Virus record (IMG/VR): IMGVR_UViG_3300048587_001100 | Coordinates: 1-52,940 of that record | Length of the DNA: 52,940 nt | Strand: one strand, 5' to 3' | From: a virus | Lineage: Duplodnaviria; Caudoviricetes | The notes under the pieces: generated by a model | Databases searched by the model: none | The model's input: only the letters and a program-made list of their open reading frames with translations | What the model was told of the DNA's origin: nothing | Made by a program: the position numbers and the translations under genes | Shown here: one piece after another, positions 32,782 through 40,111 of the stretch | Position numbering within the stretch: the first letter of the stretch is position 1 | Layout of the letters: every line of letters begins with the position of its first letter

Positions 32782-34871
32782 GCAGTGACGTTGTCAAAGG
32801 TCAGTCCATGCGCGACGCGGCTACGCAATACCTGAGCAGCGGCTTGTGCGTGCTGCCGGCTGTCCTGCAGGAGAAGCGGCCGGCTTTGCCCGCGTGGCGA
32901 TCCTTTCAGAATACTCGGCCCTCCGCCGAGCAGGTTCGCCTGTGGTTCGAGTCGGGTGCCCAGGCCCTGTGCCTGGTCTGTGGCGCAGTATCGGGCCATC
33001 TAGAGACCATCGACTTCGACGGCGGTGGCGATCGGTTCGACGCGTGGTGCAAGCGGATTCCACCGTCGCTATTGAGCCGGGTGGTCATCGAGCGAACGCC
33101 GTCCCGCGGATTTCACGTCAGCTACCAGTCCGAGGTGCCTGTCTGCGGCAACCTGAAGCTGGCCCAGCGCCAGCACTTCGTCGCGCCTGAGGACATTCAG
33201 GTCGATGCCGCCGGGGCGGCAACGGTGCAACTGCATGGGAAGCGCTACCTGGTCCGCACGGACGCGGCAGGTCGCAGGTACGTCATCCTGACCCTGATCG
33301 AGACCCGTGGCGAAGGCGGACTGTTCCTATGCGCGCCCACGCCCGGTTACGAGTTGATCCAGGGCGACTATTCCCATCTGCCCGTGCTGACCGAGGCCGA
33401 ACGCGACACGCTGCTGCAGGCGGCATGGGAACTCAATGAGTACGTCCCGCCGGTCATCGACGGTGCCAAGGCTCCACCTGCCCATGACACGACCGAGCGG
33501 CCCGGCGATCAGTTCAACCGGCGCGGCGACCCCCGGAAGATTCTCGAGCAGCACGGGTGGACACGGGTCAAGGGTGGCCAGAACGAATACTGGCGCCGGC
33601 CCGGGAAGGACCATGGCTGGTCCGCCACGCTCAAGGACGGCGTGTTCTACGTCTTCAGCGTCAATGCCGCGCCGTTCGAGTCGGACCGTGCCTATTCGCC
33701 CTTCGCGGTCTACAGCCTGCTGGAGCACGGCGGCGATTGGTCCAGAGCCGCGGCGGCACTGCGGCTGCAGGGCTACGGTCCGCCGCCCAACTCCATGGCT
33801 CACACGCCCGCAGGCACCACGAACCCGCCTGAAACGCCCGTGGCAGCGATGCAGCCGCTGACGGTGCGCGACTTGATGGTCAAGTACCCCGACCTGCGCA
33901 AGCCGGTCATCCATGGGCTGCTGCGTGAGGGCGAGACGATGAACGTCATCGCTCCGCCCAAGTACCGCAAGAGCTGGCTTGTGATGGACCTTGCCCTGTC
34001 CGTTGCCACCGGCCGGGAGTGGCTGGGGCACTTCATGTGCGAGCGCGGTGAAGTGCTGATCCTCGACAACGAACTGCACGGCGAGACCAGCGCCAACCGA
34101 ATCCCCAAGGTCGCCCATGCCCGCAGTGTGCCGACCGACGCCTACGCCGACCACGTCTGGGTCATGAACCTGCGCGGCTACCTGCAGGACGTGTTCTCGC
34201 TGGGCGAGTTCTTCCGCGGTCTGCAGCCGGGGCGATTCAAGGTGGTGATCCTCGACGCCTTCTACCGCTTCATGCCGCGCGATATGGACGAGAACGACAA
34301 CGGCACCATGGCGTCGCTCTACAACCACATCGATCGGTACGCGGATTTGCTGGGCTGCTGCTTCGTGCTGATCCACCACACGACCAAGGGCAGCCAATCG
34401 GGCAAGAGTGTCACCGATGTCGGGGCCGGCGCCGGCAGCCAGAGCCGGGCCACCGACACGCACATGATCCTCCGCGCCCATGAGGAAGACGACACCGTCG
34501 TCCTGGACGCGGCGGTTCGCTCGTGGCCGCCGGTGGCGCCTCGCTGCCTGCGCTGGTCGTACCCGGTCTGGTCGCCGGCAGATGACCTCGATCCAGCCCA
34601 ACTGCGAACCGAGAGCGGCAAGAAGCGCGGCGAGAAGAAGGACGAGTGGACGGTCGAGACCTTCGTGCAGGCGTTCGTGGGACCACGGCCAGCCACGCGT
34701 TCCAGCATCCTCGACAAGGCGATCGAGGCGGGACTGTCGCATTGGCTGGCTGACCGGCTGCTGCGGTCGGCAGACGATGACGGTCTGGTGACACGTCAAG
34801 GCGAGGGCAAGCGCAACGACCCCTACACCTATCAGCTGGCGGTCACCACCCACGAGGAGAACGGCCAATGA
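32778..34871 (+). CDS. Bifunctional primase/polymerase fused to an AAA_25 (RepA-like) helicase
   Basis: CGAVSG.LETIDFD, ERTPSRGFH, IETRGEGG...APT; WRRPGK; Walker A APPKYRKS, VILD, LIHHTTK. Confidence 0.88.
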   Translation: MSSDVVKGQSMRDAATQYLSSGLCVLPAVLQEKRPALPAWRSFQNTRPSAEQVRLWFESGAQALCLVCGAVSGHLETIDFDGGGDRFDAWCKRIPPSLLSRVVIERTPSRGFHVSYQSEVPVCGNLKLAQRQHFVAPEDIQVDAAGAATVQLHGKRYLVRTDAAGRRYVILTLIETRGEGGLFLCAPTPGYELIQGDYSHLPVLTEAERDTLLQAAWELNEYVPPVIDGAKAPPAHDTTERPGDQFNRRGDPRKILEQHGWTRVKGGQNEYWRRPGKDHGWSATLKDGVFYVFSVNAAPFESDRAYSPFAVYSLLEHGGDWSRAAAALRLQGYGPPPNSMAHTPAGTTNPPETPVAAMQPLTVRDLMVKYPDLRKPVIHGLLREGETMNVIAPPKYRKSWLVMDLALSVATGREWLGHFMCERGEVLILDNELHGETSANRIPKVAHARSVPTDAYADHVWVMNLRGYLQDVFSLGEFFRGLQPGRFKVVILDAFYRFMPRDMDENDNGTMASLYNHIDRYADLLGCCFVLIHHTTKGSQSGKSVTDVGAGAGSQSRATDTHMILRAHEEDDTVVLDAAVRSWPPVAPRCLRWSYPVWSPADDLDPAQLRTESGKKRGEKKDEWTVETFVQAFVGPRPATRSSILDKAIEAGLSHWLADRLLRSADDDGLVTRQGEGKRNDPYTYQLAVTTHEENGQ

Positions 34872-34872
34872 G

Positions 34873-35078
34873 GTTTCGTTTTGTGATTCATTTTGTGCGC
34901 ACAAAACAAGTGCTCTGGCATTTCGTTTGGCGTTTCGTTTTGTGCGCACAAAACAATAGCCGCACGCCGGGTCTCGTTTCGTTTTGTGCGCCCCTAAAGG
35001 GGCGCACACAAAACGAAACGGACCCAGCCCGGCGTGCCCCGCGATCAGAACAAGACCAAACACAACACAAAACGAATC
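34873..35078. repeat. Putative phage replication origin: GTTTCGTTTTGTG iterons and palindromes
   Basis: Direct copies at 34873, 34932 and 34976; inverted copies ending at 35019 and 35078; palindrome TTTTGTGCGCACAAAA at 34891 and 34938; GCGCCCC-TAAA-GGGGCGC centre. Confidence 0.8.
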
Positions 35079-35205
35079 GCCCCCCGGCCCCCGGGTCGCC
35101 CACGGTCGCGCCTGTCGCGTCCGGCAAGAACGGTTGGAGGGCGAGCCGTCCGATCGCCCCGACGCGACACGGGCCAACGTGGGCCAACCGGGGCGAGGCT
35201 CGGAG

Positions 35206-35214
35206 TTATCCACA
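35206..35214 (+). promoter_or_regulatory. Perfect DnaA box TTATCCACA
   Basis: Exact 9-mer consensus about 130 bp from the iteron cluster. Confidence 0.4.
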
Positions 35215-35345
35215 AGCCGCCAGGTTGGCAGTGGGGAACTGGGGCCACGGCGGTCAAGGCCATGGTTCCCCCCTGGCCAAAGCGGCAGGAGATGGCCGTG
35301 GGAACGCCAACGCTACATGACTGACCTTCGTTCGTGAGAAAATCC

Positions 35346-35975
35346 ATGGAACCCGAAACCTACGAACGAGTCTGCAGGGTCTGCGGTCGTGTGTTCCTGG
35401 CATCACACGGCTCCATGCGACTCTGCGGCGAGGCCTGCAGACGCGAGCGTAATCGCTACCACCTGGCCAAGTGCCTGGCCACGCTGAGACCCGGTCCGGC
35501 GCGAAAGCAGTGCGTGATCTGTGGTACGGCCTTCTTGGCTGGCAAGACCGAGGCTCGACCCCGCCAATCCAAGACCTGCTCGGCGAAGTGCCAAGTCGCC
35601 CTGGTGGCACGTCATGCGGCCCAGAGATGGCTGAAGACCAAGGCCGGTCGCACGCGCATCTGCGTCGAATGCGGTGCGCCATTCCGGGCGACTGATCGCC
35701 CTCAACTGAAGACATGCTCAGAGAGCTGCGCGCAGCACCGCCGCCGCGATCAGATCTGGCGACACCAACAAGTGCAGAAACACAACGGCCAGAGGGCCAT
35801 GTATGAGGCTCGCCGTCGCGCCAGCGGCTACATGAAGCAGTACAAGCGGCAATGGCGAATACGGTGTGCTGAAGACCAGCTTCAGTCGGAGTTCGCGGTT
35901 CTGAAACTCACGCTGGCGACCGTGCCAGACTCATGGAAAGGAGACCTTCATGGTGACCGCAGTGGAACGAGTTGA
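35346..35975 (+). CDS. Protein with three tandem CxxCG-xn-CxxxC zinc-finger repeats
   Basis: CRVCG...CGEAC, CVICG...CSAKC, CVECG...CSESC. Confidence 0.7.
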   Translation: MEPETYERVCRVCGRVFLASHGSMRLCGEACRRERNRYHLAKCLATLRPGPARKQCVICGTAFLAGKTEARPRQSKTCSAKCQVALVARHAAQRWLKTKAGRTRICVECGAPFRATDRPQLKTCSESCAQHRRRDQIWRHQQVQKHNGQRAMYEARRRASGYMKQYKRQWRIRCAEDQLQSEFAVLKLTLATVPDSWKGDLHGDRSGTS

Positions 35976-36573
35976 GTATGTCCCGTCCAAGTGGCATTCG
36001 TTGCAGCGCCAGCTCAAGACGATGTCGGAAGCTGAACTCCGGTCGTATCTGGCCGAGCGGCTCCAGTTCACGGCCGAGAACCTGATGCAAATGGCCCTGG
36101 TGATCCGGGAGTTTGACGAACGCAGCATCGACCTGTCGGACCTTCGGTTCTCCCTGTTGGTGTACCTGAGGCGGATTGCCTATGGGCAGACGCTACCGCA
36201 GGTCGTGGCGCTGCTCGCCGGTCGTCGAGATCTGCTGCAGCGGGTGGCATTCCTGCCCTTGCCCGAGCAGGAGCGGTGTATCAGCGACAGGGGCCTGTCC
36301 GTGGTGACCGGTGAATCCGCCAATGGTGAGCTGGATACGCGTCGTCGGCAGTTGCTTGATCTGGAGCACTGGGAGGTGCGTCAGGTCTTCGGTCCCAACG
36401 GCCTGCGAAACGAAATGCAACAGGCCGTGTGGCTCAAGGGGCAGGCCGTGCGGGCGGCGCAGCAGCCCAAGATTGAGCGTCCCACCTACGTGATCGAGAA
36501 GAACGCACTGATCATTCATCGTCCCACCCGGCTCACCAAGCGGGAACTGGCCAAGATTCTCGCCGCCATGTGA
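35950..36573 (+). CDS. Hypothetical phage protein
   Basis: AAGGAG SD; 207 aa, helical. Confidence 0.7.
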   Translation: MVTAVERVEYVPSKWHSLQRQLKTMSEAELRSYLAERLQFTAENLMQMALVIREFDERSIDLSDLRFSLLVYLRRIAYGQTLPQVVALLAGRRDLLQRVAFLPLPEQERCISDRGLSVVTGESANGELDTRRRQLLDLEHWEVRQVFGPNGLRNEMQQAVWLKGQAVRAAQQPKIERPTYVIEKNALIIHRPTRLTKRELAKILAAM

Positions 36574-36595
36574 GGCCAACTGAAAGGAGACTGCC

Positions 36596-37990
36596 TTGAA
36601 GATTGAGCTTTTGCCCATCGACCAGGTCAAGCCTTACCCAGGGAACCCGCGTCAGAACGACGATGCGGTGGCCGCGGTGGCGGCGAGCCTGAAGGAGTTC
36701 GGGTTCCGCCAGCCGATCGTGGTGGACCCTGATGGTGTCATCATCGTCGGCCACACCCGTTGGAAGGCAGCCAAGAAGCTGGCCCTGGCCAAGGTGCCCG
36801 TTCACGTCGCCACCGATCTGTCCGAAGCGCAGGTCAAGGCGTATCGACTCGCTGACAACCAGACGGCGACCATTGCCGAGTGGGACTACGAGCTGCTGCC
36901 CATCGAGCTGTCGGCCCTGCGCGAGATGAACTACGACCTGGATCTGCTGGGCTTCGACCAGGAGGAACTGACCCGCCTGATGAGCGGCGATGTGCAGCAG
37001 GGCCTGACCGATCCCGACGAGGTGCCGGCGCCGCCGGACGAGGCGACCACGCAGCCCGGCGACATTTGGCTGCTGGGCAACCATCGACTGATGTGCGGCG
37101 ATAGCGCGAACCCGCTCGACGTGGACCGACTGCTGGACGGTACCCCAATCCACCTGGTCAATACCGACCCGCCGTACAACGTGAAGGTCGAACCGCGCAG
37201 CAACAACGCCATCGCCGCCGGCTTGTCGTCGTTTCAGGCGACCAACACCAAGCCGCAGAATCACCACCAGTCATTCGATGCCGCGCGTGGTGCCTTCAAT
37301 CCGAACAAGGTGAGCAAGAAGCTGCGCCCCAAGGACCGGCCGCTGGCCAACGACTTCGTGAGCGACGAAGCGTTCGATCAGATGCTCGACGCGTGGTTCG
37401 GCAATATGGCCCGCGTGCTGCTGCCCGGTCACGGGTTCTACATTTGGGGCGGGTACGCCAACCTGGGCAATTACCCGCCGTATCTCAAGAAGCACGAACT
37501 GTACTTCAGCCAGGGCATCGTGTGGGACAAGCAGCACCCGGTGCTCACGCGGAAGGATTTCATGGGCGCGTTTGAGATTGCGTTCTACGGGTGGCGTGAA
37601 GGCGCGGCGCACCGCTATTTCGGCCCGAACAACGCGACCGACCTGTGGCACGTCAAGAAGGTGAACCCGCAGTCGATGGTTCACTTGACGGAGAAGCCGG
37701 TGGAGCTGGCGCTGCGGGCGATGCAGTACTCATCGCTGGTCGGCGAGAACGTGCTGGACCTGTTCGGCGGCAGCGGCTCCACGCTCATCGCTGCCGAGCA
37801 GACGGGGCGCCACGCGTACCTGATGGAACTGGACCCGCTCTACTGCGACGTGATCGTGCAGCGATGGGAGAAGTTTTCCGGGCGGAAGGCTGAACGCCAG
37901 ACTGAGAAAGCCCTCGCGCCCGCTTCCGGGTGCGGGGGCGAGGGCGTGGGCGACGGCGAGGGTGGAAAGCCCAAGCGAGGTGTGGCGTGA
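36596..37990 (+). CDS. ParB-like domain fused to an N6-adenine/N4-cytosine DNA methyltransferase
   Basis: EFGFRQPI...GHTR...ADN; TDPPYN, EKP, LDLFGGSGST (beta-class motif order). Confidence 0.92.
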   Translation: MKIELLPIDQVKPYPGNPRQNDDAVAAVAASLKEFGFRQPIVVDPDGVIIVGHTRWKAAKKLALAKVPVHVATDLSEAQVKAYRLADNQTATIAEWDYELLPIELSALREMNYDLDLLGFDQEELTRLMSGDVQQGLTDPDEVPAPPDEATTQPGDIWLLGNHRLMCGDSANPLDVDRLLDGTPIHLVNTDPPYNVKVEPRSNNAIAAGLSSFQATNTKPQNHHQSFDAARGAFNPNKVSKKLRPKDRPLANDFVSDEAFDQMLDAWFGNMARVLLPGHGFYIWGGYANLGNYPPYLKKHELYFSQGIVWDKQHPVLTRKDFMGAFEIAFYGWREGAAHRYFGPNNATDLWHVKKVNPQSMVHLTEKPVELALRAMQYSSLVGENVLDLFGGSGSTLIAAEQTGRHAYLMELDPLYCDVIVQRWEKFSGRKAERQTEKALAPASGCGGEGVGDGEGGKPKRGVA

Positions 37991-38001
37991 TCGAAGGCGA
38001 G

Positions 38002-38532
38002 TCACTCAACCTTGGCGGCGGTGAAGCGGCCGCGGTCGACCTTGACGAAGCGGGCGCTCTGCCCCTTGGTCTGGATCTCGCGGATCATCGCCGCGTAGAT
38101 GGTGGCATGCGGCGTGGCACCGCTGGTCTTCCAGAGGTTCTCGTCGAGCATCTTCTGGACGATCTCGCGGCAGGACATGGGCTGCGAGGATTGGGTGAGC
38201 ACCTTGAAGGCGACGTCCAGGCCGCTGGCCTTCTTGGCTTTCTCGGGCTTGGCGACGGCGGCTGTCGAAGCCTTGGGCTTGGGCTGCTTGGTCTTGGGCT
38301 CTCTGGGTTCCGGCGAGTCCGCCTTCAGGGGCGCGGTGGACTGGCTCTTAGTACCGGCGTTGACTTCGCCTCGGAGTCGTTGCGGGCTCTTGATGCGGAG
38401 CCGCTTGTTCGTCGCCAGGTTGGTGGCGTCCCACCCACCATGTCGGCTCTCGGCCTCGATGCGAATGGGCACGACCCGCTCGCTGACCTTGGCCAGATAG
38501 GTCCCGCCGATCTTGACTTCGTTCTTCTTCAT
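38002..38532 (-). CDS. Basic protein with a C-terminal HARE-HTH-like winged helix
   Basis: SGLDVAFKVL...PMSCREIV...W.TSGATPHATIYAAMIREI. Confidence 0.75.
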   Translation of the reverse strand: MKKNEVKIGGTYLAKVSERVVPIRIEAESRHGGWDATNLATNKRLRIKSPQRLRGEVNAGTKSQSTAPLKADSPEPREPKTKQPKPKASTAAVAKPEKAKKASGLDVAFKVLTQSSQPMSCREIVQKMLDENLWKTSGATPHATIYAAMIREIQTKGQSARFVKVDRGRFTAAKVE

Positions 38533-38598
38533 GACGCGATCTCCTGTGGCCGTATTGGGTTCCGGGCACTCCGGGGGGCTGGCCAGGCCTCTTGGGTC

Positions 38599-38880
38599 TC
38601 ACTCGGTGAAGCGGTAGAGCTCTTGGGCGTACGCGTGGATGTCGCTGTTGGTCCCGCGGAAGCCTTCAGTGCGCTGGTGGAGGATTTCCGCCAGGTCGAT
38701 GATGGTGGCATCGTCGCTGCGGGCCTCGATCTCCCAGGTCTTCCAGGCGAGCTGGTCTCGATTGGGATCTCGGATGATCGAGTCGATGCGAATGACGCTG
38801 CTGCGTTTCGCGTCACGGCGGTCGCGCTCGATGGTGAGCGTGCCGGCCTGGCCTTCGATCTCGATGCGCTTCGTCTGCAT
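38599..38880 (-). CDS. Hypothetical protein
   Basis: GGGAG SD; 93 aa. Confidence 0.7.
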   Translation of the reverse strand: MQTKRIEIEGQAGTLTIERDRRDAKRSSVIRIDSIIRDPNRDQLAWKTWEIEARSDDATIIDLAEILHQRTEGFRGTNSDIHAYAQELYRFTE

Positions 38881-38910
38881 GGTGTGCTCCCTGTAGGTGG
38901 TGGGCGCTGG

Positions 38911-39234
38911 TCAGCGTGCAGCCTTGATGGCGCGGCGCAGGCGTCGCCACTCGACGCTGGTGACCATCTGGTTGTCATGGGCTTCGAGCAGGGCCTGGGC
39001 GGCGGCGAGGACCTCGTCCATGGCGGCGCTGCGCTTGGCAGCCCGGCGCTGGGCGTGGTCCTGGCCCGCGTCGAAGGCGGCGGTCAAGGCGTCGCAGACG
39101 CCCCACACCGACACCTCGTGGAAGTCCAGTCCGTCCATCCGGCGCGTCTCGAGCGTCTCAATGTGCAGGTGTTTGCTGGCGATCTCGGCGAGCGTCTCGC
39201 CGGTGGTCTTGGCTGTGGGCTTCTGGCTGCTCAT
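38911..39234 (-). CDS. DUF6900-like hypothetical protein
   Basis: IASKHLHIETLETRRMDGLDFHEVSVWGV..AL.AAF.AG. Confidence 0.8.
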   Translation of the reverse strand: MSSQKPTAKTTGETLAEIASKHLHIETLETRRMDGLDFHEVSVWGVCDALTAAFDAGQDHAQRRAAKRSAAMDEVLAAAQALLEAHDNQMVTSVEWRRLRRAIKAAR

Positions 39235-39264
39235 GGCGTGCTCCTGGGATTGGGTGCAGCGTCC

Positions 39265-39465
39265 TCAGCGAAGGTCGATGATTTCGTCAGCCTTCGTGGG
39301 GACGGTGTAGCGCAACTGTTCCATGGTGAGGTCGCCGTTGTAGTAGCGCATGGCGGCGATGGCCTCATCGAGCGTCCAACCATGGACCCGCTGCAGGTAA
39401 GCGACGTGCTGGAAGATTTCTCGCGCTCGCTGGCTCTCGTTGGCGTTCTTCGGGAAGCGGCTCAT
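39265..39465 (-). CDS. Hypothetical protein
   Basis: AAGGAG SD; 66 aa. Confidence 0.65.
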   Translation of the reverse strand: MSRFPKNANESQRAREIFQHVAYLQRVHGWTLDEAIAAMRYYNGDLTMEQLRYTVPTKADEIIDLR

Positions 39466-39495
39466 GGCGATCTCCTTCAAGGTGGTGCGTGGTGT

Positions 39496-39726
39496 TCAGG
39501 CCTGGCCGGGGGCGGGGGCGGCGGCGGGCACGAACAGGTCGCCGGCGTGCCAGACCTCCTGGCCCGTGGCGGTTTCGATCAGGTAGGACCAGGCGGCGGT
39601 GCCGTTGCGGCGAAAGGTGTTGACCTCCACCACCCGGCCCGGCTCGCCGTCGGTCTTGGAAACCACCAGGGTGCCGGGCTTGAGGTTCTGGCCTCCCGGG
39701 TTGGCGTTGGTCTTGGTCGTCGTCAT
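39496..39726 (-). CDS. Hypothetical protein (SH3-like beta pattern)
   Basis: AAGGAG SD; LKPGTLVV...DGEPGRVV...SYLIET. Confidence 0.65.
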   Translation of the reverse strand: MTTTKTNANPGGQNLKPGTLVVSKTDGEPGRVVEVNTFRRNGTAAWSYLIETATGQEVWHAGDLFVPAAAPAPGQA

Positions 39727-39859
39727 TTCGCATCTCCTTGTGGTGGCCTGCGTTACATGCACATTGAGCCGGGACGGGCCAAAGACATCAAGGCGATCCG
39801 GCGAGATGTGGGGAACTTTCCGGCGGTCACATCTGGCGATGACGTTGGAGGTTGCGGCG

Positions 39860-40111
39860 ATGTCTGAGAAGACCCCCAAGATTCCGGCCAACCCAGGCGC
39901 TCAGAGCGCGGGTGTCACGCCGCCGGTGGTCAATCCCATGTCGCTTTCCGTAGAGGAAGTGTCACGGATGCTGTCGGCCGCTGGCGGCAAGCGGATCACG
40001 CCACAGCAGGTCCAGGCGGACCTTGATGCCGGGGCGCCCGTGGGACCTGACGGTCGCATCAACTTGGTGAACTACACGGCATGGCTGGTGAGGGAGGTCC
40101 AGGCCCGTTGA
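39860..40111 (+). CDS. Putative terminase small subunit-like HTH protein
   Basis: GGAGG SD; immediately upstream of and coupled to the large terminase; DGRINLVNYTAWL. Confidence 0.6.
   Translation: MSEKTPKIPANPGAQSAGVTPPVVNPMSLSVEEVSRMLSAAGGKRITPQQVQADLDAGAPVGPDGRINLVNYTAWLVREVQAR

Noticed and set aside
33951-33977. Primase-helicase Walker A APPKYRKS lacks the Gly before Lys
   Set aside because: AAA_25/RepA-like P-loops vary at this position; inactivation cannot be claimed without an alignment.
34868-35320. 150-aa ORF (and overlapping ORFs) across the origin repeats
   Set aside because: The translation mirrors the DNA repeats (FRFV, FVLC, QNET); better explained as an origin, although a short translated ORF cannot be excluded.
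37930-39867. 645-aa + strand ORF and other long antisense ORFs (e.g. 25035-26360, 33327-35213, 41023-42525, 44541-46676)
   Set aside because: Shadow frames of real genes in GC-rich DNA; they have no motifs, while the opposite strand has SD-led, motif-bearing genes.
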